In this document: positions 1 through 12,590 of the stretch, piece after piece
How positions within the stretch are numbered: the first letter of the stretch is position 1
Layout of the letters: each line of letters starts with the position of its first letter
Origin: Lama guanicoe
Taxonomy: Eukaryota
DNA: 64,000 nucleotides
Assembly (NCBI GenBank): GCA_013239625.1
Contig: MU056000.1
Coordinates: forward strand, 7,851,214-7,915,213
Direction: 5' to 3'
Notes under the pieces: generated by a model
What the model was told of the DNA's origin: nothing
The model's database searches: none
The model's input: the letters and a program-made list of their open reading frames with translations, nothing else
Program-made: the position numbers and the translations under genes

Positions 1-486
1 TTTCAGTGAGACTTAACTCATACCATGTGCTCTGCTCGAGACCCTAGGATGACTTCTGGCTGTCCACCGTATCCAAAAAATTCATATCCCACAGGTCCTC
101 ACAACTTTCAGAAGCGAGTTCAGAGTCAGGAGGGAAGGGAGGTCGGCTCATAAATGGGCAGAAAACACGAGCATGGAATCCAATGTGGGGAGATGTTTAT
201 TTAACAGCCACCCAGTCAGAGAGGTTGGACTTGAACTTCCTTGGCCAGGCAGCCTCACCTGGGCTGGCAGTCACTCTCGCTCCAGGGGACGGGCTGCCTT
301 GCACCTGAGCTATGGAGGGGCCTGGCCTCGAGTTTAGAGAAAAACGGCTTTCTGTCTGGGTCTTCTGTTCGGTGTGTAGCCACTGTGTGGGGACAGGCTG
401 CTTCTCTGAGTTATTCAGCCCTTTTTTCTCCCTGGGCTGTGTCCCCTCTGTTTGGCAGGGCTTTCTGGGCTCCTGACTACGGTGGC

Positions 487-927
487 TGTCCCAGGTTCCC
501 AGGGAGGCCAGAACAAAGTGCCACAAAACAACATGATACTATTCTTTCATAGCTCTGGAGGTCAGGAGCCCCAAATCAAAGTGTCAGCAGGGCCATGTTC
601 CCTCCGCAGGCTCTGGGGAGGAACCCCTCTCCGCCTCTCCCTAACTTCCGGTGGATGCCGGCAGCCCTAGTCATTCCTGGGCTCACGGCAGCATCGCTCC
701 AGCCTCCGCCTGTCTTCACAGGGCCTTCTTCCCCGTGTGTCTCTCTGTGTACCTCCTCTTCTCATAAAGATGCACTCATTAGATTCAGGGGCTACCCTAA
801 TTCAGTCTGACCTCATCGCAACTTAACGAATTACACCTATGAAGACCCTGTTTCCAAACAGGGTCACATTCTGAGGTTCCTGGTTGACACAGACTTTGGC
901 GGGGGGGCACTTATTCAGCCTCCTGCA
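487..927 (-). mobile_element. MaLR LTR, MLT1-type (MLT1C-like)
   Basis: Reverse-complement MLT1 hallmarks: 'ctctggaggtcaggagccccaaatcaaagtgtcagcagggccatgttccctc', 'gtcacattctgaggt', 'ttattcagcc'. Confidence 0.8.
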
Positions 928-1670
928 GGGCCCTCAGCCAAAATGAGCCTGTCCACAGGCTGAGCCCGTCCCACCTTCCCTAGGGAGCCTTCAGGCTGGG
1001 GTTGGTCAACCCACGTTTTGACTGAAGGTGATGATTATTCCAGCCAAAGGTTCCAGGAAGGTATCTGATTACACGTGGTGCAATGAAACGATCGCAGGTA
1101 CGCAACGGGGTCCATTTCAAGGGCTAAATCGCCTCACTGAGGCCAGAGGAAAGTGGTCTCCCTGGAGGGATCCTTCACTGTAGAGGAGGAATGACCAACA
1201 CAATCACTTCATGCATAATTGCATCCTAAGCTGTTCTAACATTTTCCAATTTTTATTTTAGGCCGTATATGTAAATTTTTTACTTAAAAATTAAAGCTTT
1301 AGTTGAGCTGAATTGGAACAAAAGACAAAATTAGAAAAGGGGGAGAAAGGAGGAGGAAGGTGAACATCAGTGAGTGTTGAGGGTGGGAGTGGAGGGGGCA
1401 GGGGAGGACGGGTGCAGAGACAAAGCCCACCCCTGCTAATCGCCCCCACTGGCAACTCCCACCGTCCCCGCCGGCCACGGCCTCCTGGAGTTCCGCAGTC
1501 CAGCTGTCATGGTTCTCATCCACTCACTCCTCCAACAAAATTTGAGATCTTTTTTTTTTCATATCTATTCTCTTTTCTCAGTGATGGACAGATATTTCAG
1601 GAATAGGTCAACTCTTGAAAAATTTCATTTCCTATCCCCAAAACGAATTTTAAATGGAAACGGACTAAGG

Positions 1671-1830
1671 AACTGACTGTACTTCAATTAAAAAAAAACT
1701 GAACAAGTATATACATATATGAAACTGAATCACTTTGCTGTACACCAGAAACTAACACAACATCATAAATTAACCATACTTCAATAAAAAATGAAAACAA
1801 AGTTTCTTTCTAATTGGAAAGAAAGAAAGA
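1671..1830 (+). mobile_element. 5'-truncated L1 3' end (artiodactyl-type), two tandem termini
   Basis: 'aactgaatcactttgctgtacaccagaaactaacacaac…cttcaataaaaaa'; flanked by repeated GGACTAAGG. Confidence 0.8.
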
Positions 1831-2974
1831 AATAGAAGGACTAAGGGTATTAACTTTTCATTTTATATTTTATGTGTGCTTAAGTTTTTGCTACGTCAAC
1901 AGGACATGCCAACTTCCTACAGAGATTCACCATGCCTTTTCAAAGAAGGCAAAGCCAAGAGGCTCTTCTCTTTAGCTCATGCCCCGTGAGCTTCAGGCTG
2001 GTGGCACAAACACTGCCGTCGATATTGGTATACTGTATACAGCCAAAGGGAAGGCTCGAGAAACTGGACAGAGTCTTTTAAGACTGCTGAAATTGTCAGA
2101 AGACTGAACAGTACGAGTGTTGTAGGTTTTAGCTTACTAAGGCATAGGCCTTTTTTTCTAACTTAAATTTCTCTCTAACAAGCTTTTGAATATTTAAGAG
2201 CGGTACAATTTGCATTTATAATCTTTTTTTTTCTGAAAAGTGAAAGGTGTACTTTTTCAGAATAGTAATTGCTTAAATTCTCAATCTCGGCCTCCTTCCC
2301 TGAAATGACATAAACAAGTTTGAATCCTGCAAAGAACAAAAATTAAGAATAATGATCTCTGATAATGATCTGATAATTTACTTTTATCTACCATAAGCTC
2401 CTACTGGAGTTATGAGCTACCCTAGGTTAGGAAATACTATCCCAGGAAAAGAGTTTAATTTTCTTTTTCATTTCATTTTCCTCATATATTCTTGAAACTG
2501 TAGCTATAGAAACAAGCCAAAAATATTAACTCATTTAAAATCATCAGTAAAAGAATGGAGGAATCTAAGGACTGGAAAAATAATGTCAACTCAACTATCT
2601 AGGATATGTCTTAAAATGTAGTCTTACTCTTAAAAATACAGACACTCATCGTTCTGTTTAAATTCAACATGGAAGTAGAGAGAAAGGATTCACATGGGGT
2701 TACGTGGCTAACTCTCCAAGTCCCCTGCCATCCATACTTTTTGTCTTAGAAAGAGGAGAAGGGAAAGTAAGAAATAAGAGGGAGGGAGAACACAGCTGGC
2801 AATTAAGGGCAAAAGGGATGTTGTCCAAGTAGCTGCTACTCAGTACATGTCGAGAAGCAAATTAAAAGAACCAACACAAAGAGCATGCTGTCCATTTGCT
2901 GGTCGGGTGGTTGTCTGTGTTGTTCTAAGTACAGATCTGTCAGTCTCATTTCATACAACGTTATATTTCCCCTG

Positions 2975-3062
2975 CATGTGGTGTAGTGGGGATGGTCTGG
3001 AGCCGGAGTCAGGATGGGGGTGAAAATCCTGGCTTCACGACTTACTACACATGAGCAATTGA
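2975..3062 (+). mobile_element. MIR SINE fragment
   Basis: 'tggtgtagtgg…ggagtcagga…aatcctggcttcacgacttacta' resembles the MIR 5' region. Confidence 0.55.
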
Positions 3063-3280
3063 ACTTATAATAAATATGAGAATAAACGATGTATTTGGAG
3101 CAGAACTTCTTGGCCTTGGAAGTCAGGGATTTTATGAATAAAAATACTCATTTTAATCCTACAGAAAAAATCATGTCTCTATTGACAATGTATAAAATGA
3201 TTTAATAAATATCTACTATGTTGCTGGGTCATAACTTGGAATGATTGAACAAATAAACTGTCTCTCCCACCCTACATAAA

Positions 3281-3340
3281 AACACACACACACACACACA
3301 CACACCCCTCCATACTCACACACGCACCCACAACCACACA
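3281..3340. repeat. (CA)n microsatellite with degenerate tail
   Basis: Direct observation. Confidence 0.9.
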
Positions 3341-3952
3341 GCTTCCTTCTTCCATTTCTCTACAATTCTTGAGAAAGGAGACTTCCTATTCCAACTCAGT
3401 ATTAGGAATAACATCACCTGAGGACAGATCCTGAATCCAAAGTAACGCACATCACTTATGAAATATATTAAACAGTGACCTCACGCTACCTTGGTACTTG
3501 TATTCTTTTAAACTTCAAAGTATTGTTTGATAATGAATGGTCATGAGAAAAAATAATCTCAAAACAAATTTAGAACATGTATAATTATGGCAAGGACTGA
3601 ATTACATTTAACTCCTAGCAAAGGCTGTGGAGAATTCCTGTCAGTCGAAGTACATAAAGGGAAATAATTAAAAAGAACTTGAATGCAACAGGATGGTCCT
3701 CAAAAATAACACCTTACTTTTCAAAATGTTTCCCTAATAAAGATCTGAAAAAGGAAGGGAAGTTCAGTAGTAAGAAATATTTTGTAAATACTTTATTATT
3801 TTTTAAAAGATACTAATTTTCTTTGCCTTGACAAAGCAGAATAGCCAGAAATCACACCAAGGGAACTGAACTGCTTGCCCGTTGTGACACTGAACCTGGT
3901 GTATATCTAACGAGTCATAATCCTCTCCAGAGTTTTGTGTTGAATTCCTTAA

Positions 3953-4061
3953 GCACACACACACATAGACACACACACGGCACATGCACACGGTACACTT
4001 TGTAGCACGCACACGCACAGACACACACACGGCACACGCACACACAGGACACACTTTGTAG
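3953..4061. repeat. Degenerate (CA)n with duplicated ACACTTTGTAG unit
   Basis: CA-rich tract; ACACTTTGTAG occurs near 3995 and near 4051. Confidence 0.8.
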
Positions 4062-4244
4062 ACCAAGTGTAACTTATTGTTTTCTTTTACCAGATAAACA
4101 AGGTCCTAAGTCACACGCTTGTGTTTTAGCCTGATTTTATGGAATATGGTAGCAGTGGCTACAACACATTGGGAAAGATTCGTAACATAAAACGGTGGCA
4201 TTTTTATATAAATTAGGTGACTTTTAAGAGTAAAAAGACAGGCA

Positions 4245-4400
4245 GACACTGGGAGGAAATGTCTAACGGTGGTTTATCTCGGGGGGGCGGGGAATGTGGG
4301 TGACTGTTAATCATTACGTTATGTTTTCGGTTATTTGGAGTAGTCAGCAATGAACACGTGTTGCTTGTAAAATTAGTAAGAAAACAATAAATTTCTTTAA
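4245..4400 (+). mobile_element. Ancient L1 (L1ME-like) 3' end fragment
   Basis: 'ctaacggtggtttatctcgggggg…gcaatgaacacgtgttgcttgtaa…aataaa'. Confidence 0.5.
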
Positions 4401-5559
4401 CAGTGAAAAAACAGATTAAAGCTATAAATTAATAGACCAGATCAAGGTATACAAATGTTATACAAACTCACTATATAATCTTCTTGTACAAATTCACTGT
4501 ATCATTTTTATATAAAATATATATTTAGTACACGAAAATGACTAGAGGAATAATTGCTGAGATTTTATTTTCTGCTTTAAGAAGCGCCAAAGAACCGAAT
4601 TCTTTCTAAATATTGTGATAGAAGAAAAAACGTTCTTTGCAAAGATAGAAGCCCAGGTCTGATTTCTACATTGAGATGATCTGCCTATTAAGCTACATTC
4701 TGAGGATTATATTCAAATCATTTCTGCAGTTCCAGGGGACTTTGGCTGGCTCTACTGCATTATTCACAACTTAGCATGGTTACGTGTGTCTGACGTCCTC
4801 TCGGTTTTTTGGATTTGATTTTTTAAACCTCAGTTACATACGAATAGTGATTGGTGCCATAAAACTTCTGTAAACAATTTGATAAGATACTGAAACTATC
4901 ATTTTAGTAAGAATAGGATGACTGGAAAGACGAAAAAGTTCCAAGATGAAAAGCAGAATGAAAACGTCAATAGTTAAGGAAATCGTTCCCAGAGCCACCA
5001 ATCAGTGATAGTTACACTTAATCGAATGGAACAAAGTGTTGATATTTACTGCTGTCTACAGGAGGCACTTTATGAATGAAGCCTGCAGGGCAGCCCGGAA
5101 GTTCACAGCTCCACCCTTATTGTCACCGACCCCTCCCCACCTGCCTCCACTCTGTTCTGTACACTTGCTCCCCCACAGAGCTGATCACGTGTTCCCTTGG
5201 CCAAAGCTGCTCCATCGCCCCCTACTCCACACAGACAGACTCCAGTCTAGTGTTCTTAGTTCTGCTTTGGAGGCCCTTCATCACCTGAAATGGCACAACT
5301 AAGCAAGCAGTATCTTCTAAAGTCTCCTAGGTTTGCTGACTGACTACAGATCCTGGAGTTCTCTCATGTACACAGGGCCTGCCTACCACTCCTTCTGGCC
5401 TTAATGCCCATCCAACGCATTGAATGGTGAAGCCCTTTCTCTGCTGAGCCCCAGTCCCACCTGGCTCTTGAAGCCTTTTGTGGCCACACTGGCTGAGTTA
5501 GCCACTAGCTCTTCCCAGTCCTTCCTTCTATGCTATCCCAGTCGTAGCTATGTATTATA

Positions 5560-5700
5560 CTGAAATATAATGCTAGGGCCATTGTCCTGCACTGGTTTAG
5601 GAGTTTCTGAAGGGCAGGAGAGGCTGCATGTTTATTCCCGCCGCTCTGATCCTTCCCTGGCACACAGCAGGCAATGAACAAATGCTCACGGACGAAACTG
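5560..5700 (+). mobile_element. L2 LINE 3' end
   Basis: 'gaagggcagg…cctggcacacagcaggc…aacaaatgc' matches the L2 terminus. Confidence 0.55.
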
Positions 5701-7896
5701 CTGAAAGGCAGGGACAGCAGACAAAGTAAGTTCTTTAACGTAAATAAAGATCTAGGCTTTGCTGGAAAAAATTGAGAATGTAAATAACCTTACACACTGA
5801 AATCTAAATTTTCCATCATTGTATAAACATGTACGACTCTTTGGGGGGGTTTCCAACATTGCGCCTAAGTAAATGGTAACAGGAGAAATTTCCTGAAACC
5901 GTTCATCTGCTGAGTCTTTATTTGAGAAATTCATTTAAGCCCCTTCCCAGGGCTGTTTTCTTCCTCTGTTAGTCCAACTGTTCATTAATGTGGAGTGATT
6001 CATGAACACATTCAAATAAGTGAGAAAAAATTGTGTTTCTTTCCATAAGAAGGGCAGGAGTTTAATGGATTAAGAGGGAAGTGAAAATATTCACCATATA
6101 TTGATGAATCTTGCTTTGTGACATAACAAACTCAGAAAAGTGGGAAAACCCTAAACCTGATTTCATCTGGACTAAGAAAAGCTGATGAGGCTACATGAAA
6201 CTCCAAATCAGATGCCCCTTTCTCCTTCCTATGATGTGGTCCATCCTGGCCAGCAGCCGAAGCAGCTCGGGTCCAGTCTCCGTGTGTGTGAACTTAGCCA
6301 GACGACCCACAAAGGGAACCCGGGAACCTACCACGGTCTAGTTTCTTCACCCGGCTTTTCATCAAATGAAGCTGAATGCTCATGACATCAGTGCCCTACA
6401 TCCTTAAGTCAAACATCATGAATATACAACTATGTTCCTATATTACTCAGAGAGAATTTCAGTTGATGGGACTAAACAGATCTTTACTGACTATACGCCT
6501 ACAATGGACACCTCCTTCCATGATCTCCATTAGGAATGATCCTTTACCAGCCAAGGATGCCAAGAAAGGAGCCATATGTAATAGTTGCAAATAACTGAAA
6601 CAGAAAAACCAGGTAAAAAGGGTCAGAAGTGCCTGTAGTTTTAGCTTTGGAAGAGTGATATTTCTTTTGGAGGGGCAGGCGGTTCCTGAAGGATAATAGA
6701 ATTTAAGACGTTATAAAATGGACGTCTCAATAGGGTTTTTGGAGAACCGTAAATCTGGCTTATGGCGGAGCCTATCCAGAGAAATCATGCCTAAAGATCA
6801 TTATTTCGTGACCTTGAGGAAAAGCAAAATTGTCAGAGGGTTTCTTATCCCTGCCCATGAATGTACGTCGATATTTACGGAGGCCAACTCGCTCTGTCTC
6901 CCTTTATGCATTCACATGCACACAAACACACACCATCCTCTCAAGACGGGAGGCTGAGAGCGCTGTTATAAATATTCATGAGGTAATTATTATTAACGTC
7001 ACCGAGGTGATTCTGTTCCTTCTCAGTGGGGACTGGTTCCTCCACCTAGAAACTGATCAAGCATAGGAGGAACGGCAGCTTTGAGGCAGCCCAGATAAAG
7101 CAATCTCGTACGTTTTCCTTTTGATACGTAGGTTATTTGAGTAGGTATTTTAAATCACTCCCATTCCATCATCAAGTTAACCGGCAGAGATTTCCACCTC
7201 TGTTGGAATATGCGACGTTCTTGGGAGCACAGTTTCCAGAGTTTGGAGACAGAAGTGCACCTTGATTATTACATTCTTTTCTAAGAGCGAAAATTAAAGA
7301 AAACATCCAAAACATCTCAAGAGACTTCTGGGTGATGAGTTTTGTAAAAATGCACGGGGAGATAATTACAACACATTTGCTACTTTTATTATTTAAAAAA
7401 GACATTTCACATCATGGGCCTTATTAAAGAGCTGTTTTTGAGAATTACGGGCTCTTGCAGTCACATAGAAAAATAAGAAAAACCAAAATATAAAAATAGC
7501 TACTGGTGACAGTTAATTCGATCTCTAGGTGTTCGTCATAGACTCTTCCCACCTGTGGGTCTGCCTGGTTATTCTACATGCATAATATATCATAACAAGG
7601 GAAATTACTGTTAACTATTATTTTCCATCAAAAAACTAATTATTTCTGGTTGGAATAAAAATGTTTATTTTTCGCCCAAGACCTAAGCGAACATGTTAAA
7701 TAAGTCAGAACACTGGAAGATGCATATATCTTTTCAGTACCTCACTAGAAATGATTTTTGCTAGCTTCCTTCACTCCATTGCCATATCAGTATTCATCTT
7801 TCCAGAACACTCTGACGATTAGCAAAACAGCCATTAAAGTCACAGAAACAGAAAGCGTGTGACGTCAGAAGGAGGCGGCAATGACGCGGGACTCAC

Positions 7897-8080
7897 CTTA
7901 GGCATCCAGTGGCATTTCGCAGCACCTGTGAGGAGTGCAGCTGGATCTTCCGATCATCCTGGAGGGGTGAATTTTCCCAGCCTGAGTGGGGGATGATCAC
8001 CGCGTTGGTCAGCACTGCCAGCGTGTCCTGGATGATGGGCATTTTGAGTGCGTCGCAAGATGAGAGGTTCCAAAGGACTC
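7897..8080 (-). CDS. CTNND2: CTNND2 internal coding exon, 184 bp, probably human exon 12 equivalent; armadillo repeats
   Basis: (G)[60 protein letters not shown](R). Acceptor CTCTTGCAG|GA; donor CTAAG|GTGAGT. Phase 1 start joins the upstream exon in frame (G+GA = Gly). Confidence 0.97.
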
Positions 8081-9325
8081 CTGCAAGAGGCGCAAAACAG
8101 AGCTGTCTGACGCCCACTGTTTTCTCTCCTCTCAACACCATCTCCCCCGGTCAAGTTAACAGCACAGGCAGGAAGGATTAAGAGAGCCTCCGCACATGTC
8201 TGAGAGCGTGCTTTCCATTTCGGAACATCTGTGTGAACCCATTACAGAAGTGCTGTGAAACTCCGACAAGGAGGCAGAGGAACCGTGACACGATTATCTC
8301 TGTTCCACTGAGGAGAGTAACCAAGGTTGACAGCGCTGATTGAACTGAGGATACCAACCAGGCTTCCATCCACAACTGGCACGATACACCCAAGTACCCA
8401 AATTCTAACCAAGACCAAAGAGTTGTGAAAGCTATCTGAAATGGACTAGTAAGACATCTTTGTTTTATCCAAGTCCTCAGTATGCACCTGTGGTCTATTT
8501 ATTCGCTTAGCCTCCATGTAGAACCAGCCACCATTGTGCAGGACCTTACAAGAACCCAGGATCAGCTCTGATGATAGTGAGCTCTACAAGAAACTTAAAT
8601 TTACTGTCCCTTGTGACAATTCTGTTTGCTTTTCTCTGAAAACAATGCTCATGTATGACCTATCATTTGTTCTTCCTCATGCAACAACACACAGAGCAGT
8701 AGAAAGTGGAGGGCATGTCAACAAATCACAAAGAGACTTTAAAAAACCTTAGAAAAGCCTTAAAGATTACACACATGTTACAGTATCACTTGAATATGTT
8801 TCTAAAATAATTATTCTTTTTGTTGTTCAAAATAGCACACATAAATGTAAGAAAAAACAAAGAATAATATTCTCTTTTCCTATGGAAGAAAGACTGTATT
8901 TCCCCCTAAGACTAACCTAAAGAGACCTCATCATGCAGATACTGGGAATAAAAATCATAGCTGTCTTTAGAAACACAACTTCCAGCTTACTTATTTAATA
9001 CGCTTTCAATAAGTTTTAAAATGAGATTGTGTTTCCTTCATCATAGTATGAGTAAACAGAACTCACTTATTTCTGAAATTTATTAGTTCCTTGCAATGCA
9101 CCTGTCGAACTATCCAAGAGCATTAACAATAGTCTGAAAGTCAATAATATTTGATTGTTACTAACTAAAAATGACAGCTTAAAATCAGTTCTATAGAAAT
9201 GTGACTATAGAGACAAACTCTTCAGACTGCCTTTCAAAATAATACTTGCTGGGAATCTTATTTAGGTAAATGCAAAGGAAACAAAATGCTTTTGGTGCCC
9301 AGAATGCATAATCAATCCTTCAGTA

Positions 9326-9520
9326 TAGGGGGTTGCCTTGAGGGCAAATCCTGCCAGCCTGTTTTTGTAAATAAAGTTTTATTGGAACACAGCCCTGCCT
9401 GTTCGTTTACATTGTCTATCTCTGCTTTCGTCCTATGAGACAAAAGCTGAGATTGTGTGACAGAGACAGCCTAAACAATGTACTATCTGGCCTTTTACAG
9501 AAAAATTTTGCCCACTTCTG
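9326..9520 (+). mobile_element. MER58A hAT-Charlie DNA transposon relic
   Basis: 'gcctgtttttgtaaataaagttttattggaacacagcc…tactatctggccttttacagaaaaattttgccc'. Confidence 0.85.
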
Positions 9521-9939
9521 CCTTAGCACGTGGACCATTTCCTATGCATTTCTGTGTGCATGTTTGCATTGTCATTAGTGTCCTAAATTGAGCATACCAA
9601 AAATGCTCATTGGAACACAGAAATGTTCATCTGCTCAAAATACATGCTGACTTTGACAGATGTGAAATGGTAGGAAGAACTTCACATGCATTTATTTTGA
9701 TTTAAAAAATATATGAAGCTGTTTATTCAACCCATTAAGAAATGTCTTACTGAATTCTGCATAATCAAAATAATCAAAATGAATACTTTGATTCATTTGT
9801 AGTCTCACAACAATATTCTTTTTTCTAGTAAAATCATTAGTTTCAGTTTTAAAAAAAAAAGCACATTAAAATGAAATTACTATCTACCCTTGTATTTGGG
9901 GATAACTTTTTAAAATATCACATTAAAGGGTTTGTGTCT

Positions 9940-10052
9940 GTTTTTTAAATTGAAATATAGTTGATTTACAACATTGGATTAGTTTATGGTGTACAGCAAA
10001 GTGATTCGGTTGCATTTATATATTTTTTCAGATTATTTTCCATTATAGGCTA
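9940..10052 (-). mobile_element. L1 3' end (artiodactyl-type)
   Basis: 'ttttttaaattgaaatatagttgatttacaac…ggtgtacagcaaagtgattc' is the reverse complement of an L1 tail. Confidence 0.8.
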
Positions 10053-10891
10053 TTTTGTTTTTCTAAGTGTATATGCACATATACAGACATAAAACATGAG
10101 TATTTTTCATTCTTACATCCTGATTTGAAAATACAAATACATGAAAATTGAGGCTTTTAAATGTTTTACAATATGGATGGTATGTTTTGCTATAAAATAC
10201 ATTGCCATGAAACAAATTTAAGACAATCTAAAGGCATTCTATTATAATAGAGCAATTTTTCCTGTTTTTTAACAACTAGAAAAGAGATAGGAAAGGAAAG
10301 GGGGAAAGTCAAAGAAAAGGTAAAGGACTAATCTAATATCAGAGGAGAAGAGAGAGGATGAAAAGAAGATGGCATTTCAGATGACTCGTTACCGCGGTGT
10401 TCACTCCATCACCTTTCTCACGGACCAGTGTAACCTAATTCCAAGTCAGGCGTGGACAGAGGTTCCCTACCCACATCCCCTCCACCTTTCCAGGCTGGCT
10501 CCATCTGCGCCTCACATGCCAACGAACTTATCACAGCGCTTAACCCAAATCTCTGAACTTTCTGCCCAAGATTATCTCTGCAACCCACACGTGCTTCCCG
10601 GACTTCTGAGAACCACAGTGGATCTCTGGTCAGGGACAGCTTAACCACCTCTGCTTGGATGATGACTTGGCAAAGTGCATGTAACAAGGCAGGATTTCTT
10701 TTGGGGGAATTCAGCAAACCAGTGTGTTGAAGGGGGCCCTCAAAACTGTGAGCTTTGGTTAGATGATCTGGACACAGAGGCATGCTTGCGTGTAGAATGA
10801 GCGGCCTCTGGGGACACTGGGCTAAAGGCTGATGTGTCTGGCAGGAGTCAAAAGTGGGAAGCAGCTGGGAACTCTACATCTGTCTTGCTAG

Positions 10892-11003
10892 AGACACACA
10901 CACACACACACATTCACGCATACACACATGCACATTCACATCCATTCACAGTCACACACATATACTCACACACACATACACACTCAGACACACAAACACA
11001 CAT
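10892..11003. repeat. Degenerate (CA)n
   Basis: Direct observation. Confidence 0.85.
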
Positions 11004-11124
11004 CCATTGGTCCCTGATGGAGGGAGAGAGATGAGTGGAGAAAAATGGACATATCCAAGGTTTCTTTGTGAACAAATGAGAAATACTTGTTTTACTCAAA
11101 TTTCTCTTCACTCCTCTTTCTTCT

Positions 11125-11608
11125 GCGGTGGTTTTCTGACATTCCCTGCACATGCAGGAGTCCAGTCCTTCACCCATGAGTGTGGCTTGGACATAGTGCT
11201 TCGATTCCGATCAACAGAATACTGAGGAGATGACAGAGTGACTCCTGAGACGAGGCCACAGAAAAGGCACTGGGGCTCCCTCCCAGCTCTGTCTTGGATT
11301 GTTCATTTGACGGGGAGTCTGCCATCAAGCTGTGAGGATTTTCAAGCAGTACCATGAGGAAGTCCACATGGAAAAGAACCAAGGACTCCAGCCAACAGAC
11401 ATGTGAGCAAGCTGTCCTGGCAACGGATGCTCCAGCCCCAGTCAAGCCTTCAGATAATGCCACATCATCAGCGTGGAACCCTGAGCTAGAACCATGCACA
11501 CCTGCACTTCTGGGCTCCTGCCACTCGGATACTGGTTGGGATAAACGTTTATTGTTTTAAACTGCAAAACTGAGGGTTGATTTGTTACACAGCAGCAGGA
11601 ATTAACAC
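11125..11608 (+). mobile_element. MaLR LTR (MLT1F/G-like)
   Basis: 'ctccagccccagtcaagccttcagat', 'tattgttttaaactgc…gatttgttacacagcagc'. Confidence 0.75.
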
Positions 11609-11920
11609 CCATTCCTTTTCCTTCCAGCTCCTTTCCCTCTGTCTACTGGACTCACTTTTTTCCCTGTATAACTTTTTTTCTAGTTACATCTCTCATTCTG
11701 AGATTCACTTGTTTTATCACTCTCTTCAATTCCTCCATCCTTTTCTAAAGTCTATTGTGAGATTACAGAAGATATAGGAAGCGGAATCCAGCTACATTTT
11801 GTAACTAAATTTAAAATGTATCTTAATTTGGATAACAAATGATATTTCACTTTGAAAAATGTATCCTTCTCCATATTTGCAACTTATTAAATGGCCACTG
11901 TCTTTAATGTGGAATAATCT

Positions 11921-12361
11921 TGTATTAGTTCCTGACTACTGCTGTAACAAGTTGCTGCAAATGTAATGCTTAAAACAACACACATTTACCATTTCAGTTC
12001 TCCAGGTCTGAAGACTGAAATGGGTCAGCAGGCAGTGCTCCTTCTGGAGACCCTCGTGGAGAATTTCCTTGTCTTTTTAAGCTTCTAAAAGCTGCCCACA
12101 TTCCATGGCTTGAAGCCAGCACTACTCTGACCTCAGCATCCATGATCACAAACTCTTCTCTGATTGATCTTCCTCCCTCTTTGTTATAAGGACACTTGAC
12201 ACATGGAGCCCGCTGGATAATCCAGGATAATCTCCCCAATTTCAAGATCCTTAACCTAATCCTATCTGCAAAGTCTCTTTTATTACATAAGATAACATTC
12301 ACAGGCTCTGAGAACTAGGACTGTGGACATCTTCAGGGGGGCCTTTGTTCAGTCTACCACA
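11921..12361 (-). mobile_element. MaLR LTR (MLT1D-like)
   Basis: Runs 'tgtattagttcct…gctgtaacaa' to 'ttcagtctaccaca'; contains 'ggataatccaggataatctccccaatttcaagatccttaa'. Confidence 0.85.
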
Positions 12362-12469
12362 CATCCCTTAAAATATTCTGTTACACTTAAAACAAGACTA
12401 CATTTCTGATTGTAGTTTCAAGATCAGGCCTTTCCCTGATCCTCTAAATCCATCTTGAATCAGATCCTT

Positions 12470-12590
12470 TAGTTCATTCATTTACTCAGTCCGTGCATAT
12501 TAAGGACCTCCTGTGCACCAGGCTCTGTTTGATCCAGTCGATACTTAGTGAACAAAACAAAAAGTCCCTGCCCTGGTGGTTCTCCCATCT
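12470..12590 (-). mobile_element. L2 3' end
   Basis: 'ttcattcatttactca…tgtgcaccaggctctg…gtgaacaaaacaaaaagtccctgccct'. Confidence 0.65.

Noticed and set aside
7577..7582. RBFOX motif TGCATG ~315 nt downstream of the 184-bp exon
   Set aside because: A single hexamer is expected by chance, and the exon is frame-shifting so probably constitutive.
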